In this document: positions 8,340 to 18,509 of the stretch, in pieces | Numbering within the stretch: the first letter of the stretch is position 1 | Layout of the letters: every line of letters starts with the position of its first letter | Source of the DNA: a virus | Lineage: Duplodnaviria > Caudoviricetes | Direction: 5' to 3' (one strand) | Length of the DNA: 64,000 bases | IMG/VR virus record: IMGVR_UViG_2926528486_000004 | Location: 885 to 64,884 of that record | Program-made: the position numbers and the translations under genes | Notes under the pieces: model-generated | What the model was told of the DNA's origin: nothing | The model's database searches: none | Seen by the model: only the letters and a program-made list of their open reading frames with translations

Positions 8340-10231
8340 AGTGAGTAATCCCCTCTCGATTGAATGAAAAACTGTAAATTCAACTGCGCATTAATCCTTC
8401 CCAAATCATTTGGGGTTATCTCTACCGTATGCCACCCTCGCTGTATCTTGTTACCGCTATCCGTTGATAAATACGGCACTAAATCGATATTATCTCCGCT
8501 TGTGGATGTATGAGAGACGGCCTTACCGTCTACCTTTATCGTAACCGTCGAGGGTAATCTGTTAAGTTTATAAATACCGTGCGCTATTTCATGTATGTGA
8601 TTTGGTATCGTAAAATCGTGCGTATGGTTTGGGATAGAAACGCTATGCGAGTGATTCGGTACATCGAAATTGTGCGTATGCGATGGTATGATAACTGTGT
8701 GCTGGTGATTTGGGATAGTCGACGAATGATTATGGTTCATTTGGTCCGTAACGTTAATCGCGTGAATGTGGTCAGCATATGCCGGATTAAGTCCGACAGG
8801 GTTGGATGTATATGCAAAAAATGTCGGATTAGAAATCGAGCTGGTTATGGTAGTCCCTCCACCGGACGAACTCGTTGCAGTACTTCCACCACCGCTTGCG
8901 GTAGATTTCGCCACACCCCCACCGCTTGAGCTTGTCGCAGTTGTAGCGCCCCCGCCAGACGTGGTTGTAGATGTTGCGCCTCCGCCTTGCGTTGCCTGCC
9001 CATAAGTTCTAAATTCCGAAGTTTCAAACCATAGCGTTAAACCGTTAACTCTCACTGTCTCTTCCGGTAAGTTAAAACGAATAATTGCCGGATTACTAAA
9101 ATCCGCATTATCGTCATATGAATAAGCTAGTAAATTCGTCGCACCTTGCGCATAGACTTCGTTAATCTCCTGGCGTCTTTCTAGGTCTGCTTGTGTTGTG
9201 CCAAGGTTCTCCGTTTTATTCGCGATTTCTAGCTGAATGTCTCCCGGGCTTCCTACCATGTCCGGCTTGGATTCCGCTACTATACGGGCTTCAAACGCGC
9301 CAAGGTCAGGATCGACTAAGCGAACAATACGGCCTAAGCGCAACTTATCCACATCCATACCTGTTAATACCGATAAGTCTACGGCACTAATGCGATAGGA
9401 CACTTTCGGCACGCTGCGTTCATCGAGCAAAGCCTGAGCGCTCGCCTTAAGCGATTCAACGTTTTCAAATCGGCGGTCAACCCAAACGTAGGGAATCAAC
9501 CCGTATTTTGCGATAGATGCTTCGTTCTCTAAATATGGTCGCCCGTTATTGATTTCGCGAATAGTAAGCTGATTAACGCCCTCGCCGTAGCCTTTCGGAT
9601 ATATTCTATTAATAACGCCAGTCGGGTCGATTTCCCGCTCAATCTCACGCTGGTTTTTGCCGAAGCGAACTTCGCAACTAACGTCCATTGCCGGGCGAAC
9701 TAAGTTAAGCGTCCATGGGTATGACATCGTATCCCACGTCCACTCGTATTGTTCGTCGAAAGGCTGCGCGATAGAAAACAATGGTCCGAGCAAGCCGTTT
9801 TCATCCTCCCATTTGTAATGAAAATAACGCGTAAAGTCGCATCGACCTAATCGCCAATGCTTCGTCGTTTGTCGCGCTAGTATATATTCGATATTTTGTA
9901 TCGTCGTCCAGTTTATCGTCTGATGATACTCGAAGAGAACGTCGTCCATAAGTGTCGCGATAACGTGGTCGCATTCGTATTTAACGGAGTATGTCGATTC
10001 CGATTTCGTAGTCTGCGCAGGCGCAATACGAAATAGTCCGACATATTCGCCGGTCGCATCGTCAGTTATTTCGACATAGTTGAACGGCTGGCATTCGGCA
10101 TTCTTCCTATCATCTAACGGTAAAATAAAAGAAGCGCCCCAAATTTCGTTGAGACGCTTCGAGTATGAAACTCCGTATGCATTTTCGAGTATTGCGATAG
10201 GCTGGCGTGACCTGTTTAGGATTCTAATCGT
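8336..10231 (-). CDS. Tail spike / Tal-like (prophage tail endopeptidase family) protein, start extended to a non-canonical ACG
   Basis: Frame stays open 94 codons upstream of the track's ATG (IRILNRSRQPIAILENAYGVSYSKRLNEIWGASFILPLDD...); RBS AAGGAGGT 8 nt before ACG; NRIYPKGYGEG motif; C-terminal HxH repeats. Confidence 0.8.
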   Translation of the reverse strand, partial: TIRILNRSRQPIAILENAYGVSYSKRLNEIWGASFILPLDDRKNAECQPFNYVEITDDATGEYVGLFRIAPAQTTKSESTYSVKYECDHVIATLMDDVLFEYHQTINWTTIQNIEYILARQTTKHWRLGRCDFTRYFHYKWEDENGLLGPLFSIAQPFDEQYEWTWDTMSYPWTLNLVRPAMDVSCEVRFGKNQREIEREIDPTGVINRIYPKGYGEGVNQLTIREINNGRPYLENEASIAKYGLIPYVWVDRRFENVESLKASAQALLDERSVPKVSYRISAVDLSVLTGMDVDKLRLGRIVRLVDPDLGAFEARIVAESKPDMVGSPGDIQLEIANKTENLGTTQADLERRQEINEVYAQGATNLLAYSYDDNADFSNPAIIRFNLPEETVRVNGLTLWFETSEFRTYGQATQGGGATSTTTSGGGATTATSSSGGGVAKSTASGGGSTATSSSGGGTTITSSISNPTFFAYTSNPVGLNPAYADHIHAINVTDQMNHNHSSTIPNHQHTVIIPSHTHNFDVPNHSHSVSIPNHTHDFTIPNHIHEIAHGIYKLNRLPSTVTIKVDGKAVSHTSTSGDNIDLVPYLSTDSGNKIQRGWHTVEITPNDLGRINAQLNLQFFIQSRGDYSL

Positions 10232-10245
10232 AGCGTCCGACCTCC

Positions 10246-12072
10246 TTATGATGAGACGTTAGTCCCTAGCGTTATTGAAGACATACTGTCAATTTGAATC
10301 GGCATGCCTGCACACATATTACCGATCACTATTCCATTTGTGACAGTTGAGCTGAAATATATCGCGTATTGCGCAGGAGACCCGGTTATATTTCGGCAAT
10401 TATTCCCGTTGACGATAATTCTTGCGACATTTGTAAGAACGCGAATATGCTGGTACCCGCTTCCAACGCCGACAATGATATTATCATTAACGTTAACGGT
10501 GTCGCTGTCAGTAGAAACGATGATGCCGTGCGAGCCAACTCTCGAAATATCATTACCTATAATGCTCGACGTGTTGATGGTTGTACTAGTTATTCCGTTT
10601 CCGCCGGCTTCGGTTATATGATTTCCACAGGCGTTAAAGTGGTTACCTTGGGACATAGATATACCTGTGCCAGATGTTTTAAAAATGTTATTATTGGCAA
10701 TATTAATAAATTTGCAATAAGTCGAATAGATACCGATGCCGCTGTAATCTCTTATACTATTACCGCTTAAGATTACATTCTCTACAATACCAGTTGCCTC
10801 ACCGCTTACACTTATCGCTGAGCCATATCCTCCACCTTGGTTAATAATATTATTGTTAATTTGAATATCCGTGATGTTTTGACTAGCGTTCGTTTGGATT
10901 CCTTGTTCGTTTTTAGTGTCCTCTACATTACTCGTCAGTGGTGGGTTGACAGATATTCCTCCGCCACATTTATAAATTTGATTATCTTGAATAGATGCGT
11001 ATTTCCAATGGTATCCTCTGATTCCCCACTCCAAGCAATCCGTTATGATATTTCCTTGTACGATAATATTTTCAAACCACCGGTTTATTGTAGCGTTGTG
11101 ACTCCCGATACCTCGCCCCCATCCGCCAAGCTCATCTGATGTCTCGATAACGTTATTGATAATAAAAACGTTTTTACATGCGGTATGGTCGTAAGCACCG
11201 AACCAAGGTAGTGCGTCCAAACTTTTCGCAATATCCAACTGAATAGCCTCGGAATATTTTCTTGTTGTTCCAGGATCATATCCGGAGAATCGGGAATCCT
11301 TGATCAACACATTCTTACTTGAATTTACCTCGATCCCATGTCCTAGGCTGACGTTTTTAATTACGACATCTTTTATAATGACGTTCTCTGCGTGAGCTAT
11401 CGCCATGCAGGTACCTTGCTGTACTAAGTGACCGTTATTCTCAAAAATACCGCCTTCGATGATGATATTTCCGTTTCCGTTGTATCCGTAATACTGATCG
11501 CCAGTTGCTCCATTTTGAATAATATTTCCTTGGTGCCTTCGGTCAATTATAGTATCAGGCGTCAATCTTAAATGAGTGTTTCCTCGAAGGATTAATTCTT
11601 TAGTTGTTTTAAAAACGCCTTGTGGTATATCGACAGTAATGAAATCTTTTTCTAACGCCAAATCCAATGCGGACTGTATTGCGGCAGTATCATCGTCAAC
11701 CCCATTTCCAGTCGCACCAAGCTCCGTTACCGAAACTTTACCAACCGTTCTATTGTTTAGTTTAACAATTATGTCGTCAATACTCGTCTGTGCTTGAGCG
11801 TCTTTTGCGTCCAATCTTTCTTTTAGCGTCGAAAACTCATTGTTCTCTCCGTCGACCCTCGCCTGCGCAGCCTCTACGGATGAATCCCCTTCGATTGTGA
11901 CTTTATTAAACTGCGCTTGCACACTCGTCGCCGTCTCTAAAGCGAGATTCGCGTGTTCACTAGAAACAGTCAACCCTTGCAGTGCTATGTTCGCATTGGT
12001 TATTCCTTGATTTATTTTCGGATAAGCTTGACGCAAGGTATCCGTCCCTAAAATCTTTGGCGCATCCGCCAT
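10246..12072 (-). CDS. Receptor-binding protein/depolymerase with pectate-lyase-like beta-helix
   Basis: SVEAAQARVD..TLKERLD N-terminus; LGATGNGVDDDTAAIQSAL; many Asn/Ile/Gly beta-helix repeats. Confidence 0.85.
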   Translation of the reverse strand: MADAPKILGTDTLRQAYPKINQGITNANIALQGLTVSSEHANLALETATSVQAQFNKVTIEGDSSVEAAQARVDGENNEFSTLKERLDAKDAQAQTSIDDIIVKLNNRTVGKVSVTELGATGNGVDDDTAAIQSALDLALEKDFITVDIPQGVFKTTKELILRGNTHLRLTPDTIIDRRHQGNIIQNGATGDQYYGYNGNGNIIIEGGIFENNGHLVQQGTCMAIAHAENVIIKDVVIKNVSLGHGIEVNSSKNVLIKDSRFSGYDPGTTRKYSEAIQLDIAKSLDALPWFGAYDHTACKNVFIINNVIETSDELGGWGRGIGSHNATINRWFENIIVQGNIITDCLEWGIRGYHWKYASIQDNQIYKCGGGISVNPPLTSNVEDTKNEQGIQTNASQNITDIQINNNIINQGGGYGSAISVSGEATGIVENVILSGNSIRDYSGIGIYSTYCKFINIANNNIFKTSGTGISMSQGNHFNACGNHITEAGGNGITSTTINTSSIIGNDISRVGSHGIIVSTDSDTVNVNDNIIVGVGSGYQHIRVLTNVARIIVNGNNCRNITGSPAQYAIYFSSTVTNGIVIGNMCAGMPIQIDSMSSITLGTNVSS

Positions 12073-12084
12073 AATCATCCCTCC

Positions 12085-12891
12085 TTACAGGTACTTATAG
12101 ACCAATCTTTCGCCAATCCTAACGTCCAATCTATAGCCGTTTACACTGACGGTATTTTCTCCTGGCGATAATTCGAGAAAAGAACCAGTCATCCTCGTCA
12201 TATCTGTATTTCCGTTAAATTTAATTACGAAAGTGTCTCCGTCGATTTCTACGACCTCATTGCTTAAGTTTTTTACCGAAAGGGTTCGCCCGTTAATTGA
12301 AACTGAGATCAATTCGCCACGACCTTCAAGTCTAAAAGAAAACGGAATACTGACGGTACCATTATTTATAACTTTAAATGAAGTCGGCCCAGTCACTCTC
12401 CGCGACCCTAAGCCGGTCTCCCAAATAACGTCACTAAGTATGGGCACATTACTATCCATAATGATATCGTTGCTCGGCACGATAAACTTCGCCAACGGAT
12501 CGTGCGCCACTAACGGCAATGTAAAAAAGCCGAGGTTAGCCAGTCGTTCTACCGGCACGCCTCCGCTCACTTTCACGTCATAATATTTGTCCGGCTCGTC
12601 ACCAAAGCGCAACTTGACCGTTTTCGGACGTCCGTAGTCATCGACGAACAGCCGCACGAATTGCCGTATCTGCGCCTTTTGATCTGTATAAGATTTCCGC
12701 GGCAATACGCAATTTAATGCGAACTGTCTCACGTCCATATATGCGCCAAAGTCATATGCGCCATGTCGTCCAGGCACCGTCACCGTATTCGTACGAAACT
12801 CGGGCAGCATCGGCTCGGAAGAATCGAGCTTAACTGTTACGCCTAGCGATTGTAGTTCGGTGTTATCTATCCATACGCTTGCTTCGCTCAT
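12085..12891 (-). CDS. Distal tail protein (Dit)
   Basis: VPGRHGAYDFG...LRFGDEPDKYY...FLELSPGEN; follows tape measure. Confidence 0.85.
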   Translation of the reverse strand: MSEASVWIDNTELQSLGVTVKLDSSEPMLPEFRTNTVTVPGRHGAYDFGAYMDVRQFALNCVLPRKSYTDQKAQIRQFVRLFVDDYGRPKTVKLRFGDEPDKYYDVKVSGGVPVERLANLGFFTLPLVAHDPLAKFIVPSNDIIMDSNVPILSDVIWETGLGSRRVTGPTSFKVINNGTVSIPFSFRLEGRGELISVSINGRTLSVKNLSNEVVEIDGDTFVIKFNGNTDMTRMTGSFLELSPGENTVSVNGYRLDVRIGERLVYKYL

Positions 12892-15800
12892 CAGCGCTGC
12901 CCCTTTCGTCTTTTAGTGCTCGAATTATCTCGTGCTAAGTTTCGACCAACTGACGGCGCGACAAGAGTTCCTACCCTTTCGCTATCCATTACGACTTGCA
13001 TTCCGCTCATCATTTGCAACGCTTGATTCATCATGTCGACCGCCCCTTCTATGCCGGAATTACTTACGTCTAGGCTTCCTTCGAATGAAGACATGACGCC
13101 CATTCCTCCGATGCTTGGCGTGCCATATGACGTGGATAGAGAAGGTACAGCAGCGTTAGCCATATCGTTACTGGCGCGTTCAACTCCGCTAATCATCGAG
13201 TCTAAACCAATAATGAAGCCCTCGCCCGTATGAACGCCGAATTGCTTAAACAACCGTGAAGGAGACTTAATCCTAAGGAATGACTTCGTTGCTTCTGCGG
13301 CAGCATTCGCTATTTCAGTCGCCTTCTCTTTAACGGATTTTAACATCGAACCCATTCCGCTAATTAAGCCTCTAATCATATCCGCTCCAATTTGCTTTAA
13401 GTCGACTTCTTTAATTCCTTTGATGATGCGCTTAACCAGTTCACGTCCTGCTGCGAGTAGAGCTACGCCAGCAACCGCAAGTGCTGCGCCCGCAACGTCG
13501 ATTATTATTTTTCCGAGCTTGTCGATGAACTCCGGCTTCTTCTCTTTGTTACCTTCCGCAACCTTATCAACCATTTTCTTACCCATGTCCTTGATTTCAG
13601 ACTTATTAGGTACACCAGCGAACCACGTTTTGATAGCCGTCCACCATTCGCTTAACTTTGCGGTGATTCGCGCAGGTATTTCGCTAAACCAGGCAGCCAT
13701 CTTAGTCCACCACTCGCCTAATTGCGTATAAATTTCTTTGGGACGTGTCTTAAACCATTCAGATATCGTCTTACCCCATTCGGAAAGTTTAGTACTGATC
13801 GTCTCTTTCGTTTTGTCGTACCAATCGGTAATGCTCGTTTTCCACGCCTCGAACGCAGCTTTCATTCGACCAGGTATCTCCTTAAACCAAGTCGTAATAG
13901 CTTCTCCCCATGCGCTTAACTTTTCACGCATCATATCAGGAATCGACGCAAACCACTCTTTGATTGCGTCTCGCCATACGTTCCATTGGCGGATATTTTC
14001 TTCATGCTGTCGCTCTGTCCAATCTTCAATCGCCTTTCCCCATTCAGACAACGTTGACGTGATTTTTGCGGGTAGGGATTTAAACCATGCGATGATAGCT
14101 GTCTCCCAAACGGTTAACTGTGCAGTCATCGCATCTCTCTTCTCGACGAACCACCCTGAAATCACCGCCCACCACGAGTTTAATTGCGACTTAACCTTTG
14201 AAGGTAAAGACTTAAACCACCCGACAATAGCCTCTTTCCATCCGTTGAGTTTCTCCGGTATCTTCGTTTTTAGGTTTCCGATAACTTCTACCATCTTATT
14301 GAACTCGTCGCCCCAAACCTTAGTAATTTCGCTACCAAATTTACTTGCAACTTTCTTAAGCGACTCCCAGGCTTCAACGAATATTTTAATGAAAAGCTCT
14401 TTTGCTTGCGCCCAATCACCGTTAAGGAAAGCACGCATGAAATCTCCTACGTTGGACCATACCTTTTTAAACTCTTGAACGAAGGTCTTTAAAACTTCAA
14501 CCAGCGCAAGAAATCCTTCTTTCATCTTGGCGACGGAATAATCCACTGATTTTCGGAACCATTCAACATTCTTATTCATCCATGTGAACGAAGAAACTAA
14601 CCCGACAATTGCAGCAATAACCAACGTAATTGGCAACGCGATAGCACTTATAGCCCCTATCACGGCTGGCGCCGCAGCACTTATAGCAGCAAATCCCGCT
14701 GTTATAAAAGGGATCATTCCTACTAAAATAAGTAAGGGTCCTATAACCAACGCTAAAGCTGTCGCAATCATAGGAACTAACACAATTGCCGTTTTAATTG
14801 CGGGATGTAATTTCGAAAACTTCTCCGCCATCTTAATAACGCCGTCAATGACTGGATCGAGTGCGGTCATTAACGTGACAAGTACCGCTTTAAACTCATC
14901 GCCGACAATCCGCACAATATGCTTTAGCTTGTTTTGCAGTATTTGTAATTTCGATTCGAACGTCTCATATCGCTCATTTGCCTCGTTGGTTAGTGCGCTG
15001 TTTTCTTTCCATGCTTGCGTCGATATATCTATTGCGTCAGCAAGTACACCTGTTGCGCCGGATAAACGAAGCAACGTGTCGGACTCACGTATTCCCTTGA
15101 TTCCCAAATCATCAAGCATCGTCGTTAAGTTTTTGCCTTCTTTCGATGATTTGCCAAGTCCTTCAATAAATAAATTCAACGCGCCTATGGCATCTTCTTT
15201 CCACGCTTTTTCAAATTCCGTTGAACTCATACCGGAAATTTCCGCAAAGCCTTTTAGACTCTTACCGCCTCCGTCAACCGCTTTACTGATTTTCTTCATT
15301 ACGGTAGACATTGCAGTGCCCCCAGCCTCTGCTTCGATACCAACGCTGGACATTGCTGTTGCTAATGCCGTTATCTGCGCTTCCGTCAATCCGATTTGTT
15401 TACCTTGACCGGCTAAACGCAAGGACATATTTACGATTTCTGTTTCAGTCGTCGCGAAGTTATTACCGAGAGCAACGATTGATGATCCGAGATTTTCGAA
15501 TTTTTCCTGTGGCATCTGCGTAATGTTTGCCAATCGCGCCAAGGCTGTCGCCGCTTCATCGGATGACATGTTCGTCGCAACGCCCATATTAACCATCGTT
15601 TTCGTAAAGCTTAGTATCGCTTCATTCTTAATACCTAACTGACCGGCTGCTTCCGCAACTGTAGCGATCTCTTCGGCAGATGCCGGCATTTCTTTTGCCA
15701 TTTCGAGAATACCTTTACGGAATCCTTCGAGCTCCTTATCCGTTGCGTCCACTGTTTTCTTTACGCCAGCGAAAGCAGACTCAAAATCTGACGAAACTTT

Positions 15801-15989
15801 AACCGCGTAACCTATACCGGCAGCCGCAGCGACTCCCATCGCAGACACTGCAACGCCGACCGCTCCGACAGCCTGGAACGCATCCCTATTCCGCTGTGCA
15901 AACTCATCTACTCGTCGAGAAGCAGTAGCTAATCCGGCTGTTAAACGTGTGATATCTGCGCCAATCCTAACGACTAGCGAACTTATCAT
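12891..15989 (-). CDS. Tail tape measure protein
   Basis: 1032 aa; FESAFAGVKKTV/AEAGGTA TP901-type domain, Trp-periodic helical repeats, I.SPSRLF. Confidence 0.95.
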   Translation of the reverse strand: MISSLVVRIGADITRLTAGLATASRRVDEFAQRNRDAFQAVGAVGVAVSAMGVAAAAGIGYAVKVSSDFESAFAGVKKTVDATDKELEGFRKGILEMAKEMPASAEEIATVAEAAGQLGIKNEAILSFTKTMVNMGVATNMSSDEAATALARLANITQMPQEKFENLGSSIVALGNNFATTETEIVNMSLRLAGQGKQIGLTEAQITALATAMSSVGIEAEAGGTAMSTVMKKISKAVDGGGKSLKGFAEISGMSSTEFEKAWKEDAIGALNLFIEGLGKSSKEGKNLTTMLDDLGIKGIRESDTLLRLSGATGVLADAIDISTQAWKENSALTNEANERYETFESKLQILQNKLKHIVRIVGDEFKAVLVTLMTALDPVIDGVIKMAEKFSKLHPAIKTAIVLVPMIATALALVIGPLLILVGMIPFITAGFAAISAAAPAVIGAISAIALPITLVIAAIVGLVSSFTWMNKNVEWFRKSVDYSVAKMKEGFLALVEVLKTFVQEFKKVWSNVGDFMRAFLNGDWAQAKELFIKIFVEAWESLKKVASKFGSEITKVWGDEFNKMVEVIGNLKTKIPEKLNGWKEAIVGWFKSLPSKVKSQLNSWWAVISGWFVEKRDAMTAQLTVWETAIIAWFKSLPAKITSTLSEWGKAIEDWTERQHEENIRQWNVWRDAIKEWFASIPDMMREKLSAWGEAITTWFKEIPGRMKAAFEAWKTSITDWYDKTKETISTKLSEWGKTISEWFKTRPKEIYTQLGEWWTKMAAWFSEIPARITAKLSEWWTAIKTWFAGVPNKSEIKDMGKKMVDKVAEGNKEKKPEFIDKLGKIIIDVAGAALAVAGVALLAAGRELVKRIIKGIKEVDLKQIGADMIRGLISGMGSMLKSVKEKATEIANAAAEATKSFLRIKSPSRLFKQFGVHTGEGFIIGLDSMISGVERASNDMANAAVPSLSTSYGTPSIGGMGVMSSFEGSLDVSNSGIEGAVDMMNQALQMMSGMQVVMDSERVGTLVAPSVGRNLARDNSSTKRRKGQR

Positions 15990-16382
15990 CTAGGTTCCTC
16001 CTTTCTTCGAAAATTTCCATTGCGATAGCCATTCCTCGGCATGCTTGGCTTGTTCAGCTTTCTGCTTAATCCACTCTTCCGTAACGCCTTCTTCCGGACG
16101 CTTGAACAGGTCGGTTGCTTTCGGCTGTTTTGACCGATGCGCTTTCTCCTGCATAATTGCGATATGAGAGTCGCGCTCATATTCGTCATAACGACGTTCT
16201 TGTTGCGCTTCCATAAGCAGCACGTATTCCCTCGGCGTAAAAGCCAGCACTTCGGCAGGCTTAAGACCGAGAAAACGCCAACCGTCCTTTATTATTCTGT
16301 CGTAGTCAAAATCTCGTTCAGTTGTTCGAACACTTCCGGATTCTTGGCTTTCATGTTCTTCACTACCTTCGCGAAGAAAAAA
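15990..16382 (-). CDS. Tail assembly chaperone, C-terminal -1 frameshift extension (gpGT-like)
   Basis: -1 frame open from slippery T TTT TTC (16382-16376) through DFDYDRIIKDGWRFLGLKPAEVLAFTPREY... Confidence 0.75.
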   Translation of the reverse strand, partial: FFLREGSEEHESQESGSVRTTERDFDYDRIIKDGWRFLGLKPAEVLAFTPREYVLLMEAQQERRYDEYERDSHIAIMQEKAHRSKQPKATDLFKRPEEGVTEEWIKQKAEQAKHAEEWLSQWKFSKKGGT

Positions 16383-16666
16383 CTTTCCAGCACAACCTCG
16401 TTAATCGTTTTGTGAATGTATTCTAAATCGATTTTCCCGTCGTTAAATGCCTTTTCAATTGCCTGCTCAACGGTTTCTTTCGATAGGCTTTCACCGGTAT
16501 GAAAAAGTCCTGCATGAATAACATCTGCGAATACTTCCAATGATCCCGACATTGCTACGCCGACAAATCCGAGCGAACCGCCTTCGTATAGACCTTCCAA
16601 GTGTTTAACTGATTTAAAACCTAATTTCAATTCATATTCCTTTTGCCCAACTTCGAACATTGCCAT
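16292..16666 (-). CDS. Tail assembly chaperone (gpG-like)
   Basis: KEYELKLGF N-terminus; lies between major tail and tape measure genes. Confidence 0.8.
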   Translation of the reverse strand: MAMFEVGQKEYELKLGFKSVKHLEGLYEGGSLGFVGVAMSGSLEVFADVIHAGLFHTGESLSKETVEQAIEKAFNDGKIDLEYIHKTINEVVLESFFFAKVVKNMKAKNPEVFEQLNEILTTTE

Positions 16667-16702
16667 TTATAAAACCCCTTTTCGGTATAATTTTCGTAAG
16701 TA

Positions 16703-16725
16703 AAAAGGCGAGCATGAAGCCCGCC
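16703..16725 (-). terminator. Intrinsic terminator after major tail gene
   Basis: Minus strand GGCGGGC-TTCAT-GCTCGCC followed by T5. Confidence 0.7.
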
Positions 16726-16736
16726 AGGAAAGTCGA

Positions 16737-17171
16737 TTATTCCGCACCTTCAGGTACTAGCGTCAACGTTTCAAGCGTTCTTTTACCGTTTAATGAAGCA
16801 CTCAGCGAATAAGTAACATATTCTGAATTTCCGAAGCTATATTCGAAAGATGAGATCATGTAGTCGCCCACTTTCGCCTCAAGCGTACGGGTATTTATTT
16901 CGTGAATTTTTACTAATCGTTTTTCATCCATCGCAGAATCAAAATGTTCCAGTGATGGGTCACCTTCCGTCATAATTCCTTCGATAGAAATTTCATGCGT
17001 TATATTTCCATAATCACTTCCGCTTTTGTCCTTCGTATTTAAATCGATAGTGTCTGCTGATTTATTAGATGACCCTGCCGTTTGGTTTAACGGACGTACC
17101 AATGTCGCGCCATCAACCCCATCAATTTCAACCGCAAATAATATTTCTTCTCCGCGATATTCGATCGCCAT
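16737..17171 (-). CDS. Major tail tube protein (TP901-1-like)
   Basis: ADTIDLNTKD..G...ISIEG motif; synteny. Confidence 0.8.
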   Translation of the reverse strand: MAIEYRGEEILFAVEIDGVDGATLVRPLNQTAGSSNKSADTIDLNTKDKSGSDYGNITHEISIEGIMTEGDPSLEHFDSAMDEKRLVKIHEINTRTLEAKVGDYMISSFEYSFGNSEYVTYSLSASLNGKRTLETLTLVPEGAE

Positions 17172-17184
17172 TTATTCGTCCCCC

Positions 17185-17598
17185 TTAATTTGTCGCGCTT
17201 ACTTCAACGTCGAAATACACGCGATGATATTTCGATTTATCGCTAGAGTCATCCGGTGTAATCGGAGTCTCACCTGTAACGAGCGCATAAAAATAACCGA
17301 GCTTTTCGCCCGGCGTTGTTGCGCTGATTAATTCGATCTTCTCTCGTAATGCCTTTTTAACTTCGTCTTGCAATAACGACCGCTCTCGTATAGTCGCTGC
17401 GTATAATCCGATTTGATATCGATAAGTCGTTTCAACGCGCCGCTGCTTCGAAATTAGCGCGTTATTATTCTGCATTTGTTCAACAATCAATAACGGTCTA
17501 ACGGTCGGCAACGTTACGCCGTCATATAGCCATACCGTTTTTATTCCGGTCGATGCTTCCAAATGCGTACGTAAAGAATGCGTTAAATTAAATTGCAT
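17185..17598 (-). CDS. Tail terminator/completion protein
   Basis: Start reassigned to MQFNLTHSL (RBS GGGGCGGTG); synteny. Confidence 0.6.
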   Translation of the reverse strand: MQFNLTHSLRTHLEASTGIKTVWLYDGVTLPTVRPLLIVEQMQNNNALISKQRRVETTYRYQIGLYAATIRERSLLQDEVKKALREKIELISATTPGEKLGYFYALVTGETPITPDDSSDKSKYHRVYFDVEVSATN

Positions 17599-17602
17599 AA
17601 TA

Positions 17603-17959
17603 TCACCGCCCCATGTTCCGTAATACTTCGGCGATTTTACTACGATAAGGGTCGCGATTATCCCAAACGGCTTTTCTAACAAATCCCTTTTTCGTAGCAT
17701 GTTCGTATTCTTGGCGCAAAGCATAAGGTAAGTCTGACCCGACTGTCCAAACGGTCTCTACCTCTTTTTGCGGACTAGATGATAGCGAGCCTTTAAGCGC
17801 TCCGGAGTCAACCGGCGCATTGTTAGCTGAATCATTCGCAATTTTACGCGCATACGTTTCGGTTACACGTCCGATTTCCTCAGTAATTCCCGCGTCATTT
17901 AACATGCGCAAGGTATCTCCAAGGCCAGACACACTAACGTTAAACACCCGTCTACTCAC
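17603..17959 (-). CDS. HK97 gp10-like tail-component protein
   Basis: APVDSGALKGS...YALRQEY motif. Confidence 0.8.
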   Translation of the reverse strand: MSRRVFNVSVSGLGDTLRMLNDAGITEEIGRVTETYARKIANDSANNAPVDSGALKGSLSSSPQKEVETVWTVGSDLPYALRQEYEHATKKGFVRKAVWDNRDPYRSKIAEVLRNMGR

Positions 17960-18354
17960 GATATCAACCTCCCGACAAATTCGGCACGATTGCGCTCGCC
18001 AATGCCTTTTTTATCTTTCGCCATGACTTCGTATTCTTGCCCGTCATACTTAATGCGGACCAGCGAATTGAATACATCGGCGATTTCGTCAATATCAACC
18101 GATGCCCAAATGTCGCCTTTTTCGACGAGTATTCCTGCGTCAAGCAACCGTTCAAATGACGATTGTGCCATCGAAGATACTTCGGTGACTACGGCTTTAG
18201 TCGGCAGTAGATGCTCTCCGCCGCCAATTGGCTCGTTGGTAATCGGGTCGCGTTCACCTTCCGGTTCATACGTCAATACGACGTCAATTACACGTCCAGC
18301 AACTATTTCTTTCCGCGTCTGTTTCATAAATGCGATGTCTTCCGGCGTTATCAT
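17956..18354 (-). CDS. Head closure / head-tail joining protein
   Basis: Synteny and beta-rich sequence ending YDGQEYEV. Confidence 0.6.
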   Translation of the reverse strand: MITPEDIAFMKQTRKEIVAGRVIDVVLTYEPEGERDPITNEPIGGGEHLLPTKAVVTEVSSMAQSSFERLLDAGILVEKGDIWASVDIDEIADVFNSLVRIKYDGQEYEVMAKDKKGIGERNRAEFVGRLIS

Positions 18355-18494
18355 GAAAACTTACCACGTTTCCACCGTATACCTTCATTCTCAAATGACA
18401 GGTAGATTTCGTTATCGTTTAAATACGAAACTAACCGATAATCCTTAGTTCTTCGTATTTCGCCTAGAATTACTTCGACTATTTCTGCGCTCAT
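18351..18494 (-). CDS. 47-aa hypothetical protein (not in ORF track)
   Basis: RBS AAGGAGTG, MSAEIVEVILGEIRRTKDY...GKFS*, ATGA overlap with next gene. Confidence 0.55.
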   Translation of the reverse strand: MSAEIVEVILGEIRRTKDYRLVSYLNDNEIYLSFENEGIRWKRGKFS

Positions 18495-18509
18495 CGCAAT
18501 CACTCCTTT

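Noticed and set aside
13033-15523. Long plus-strand ORFs antisense to the tape measure gene (and similar shadow ORFs across the window)
   Set aside because: Antisense shadows of real genes; no RBS or recognisable motifs
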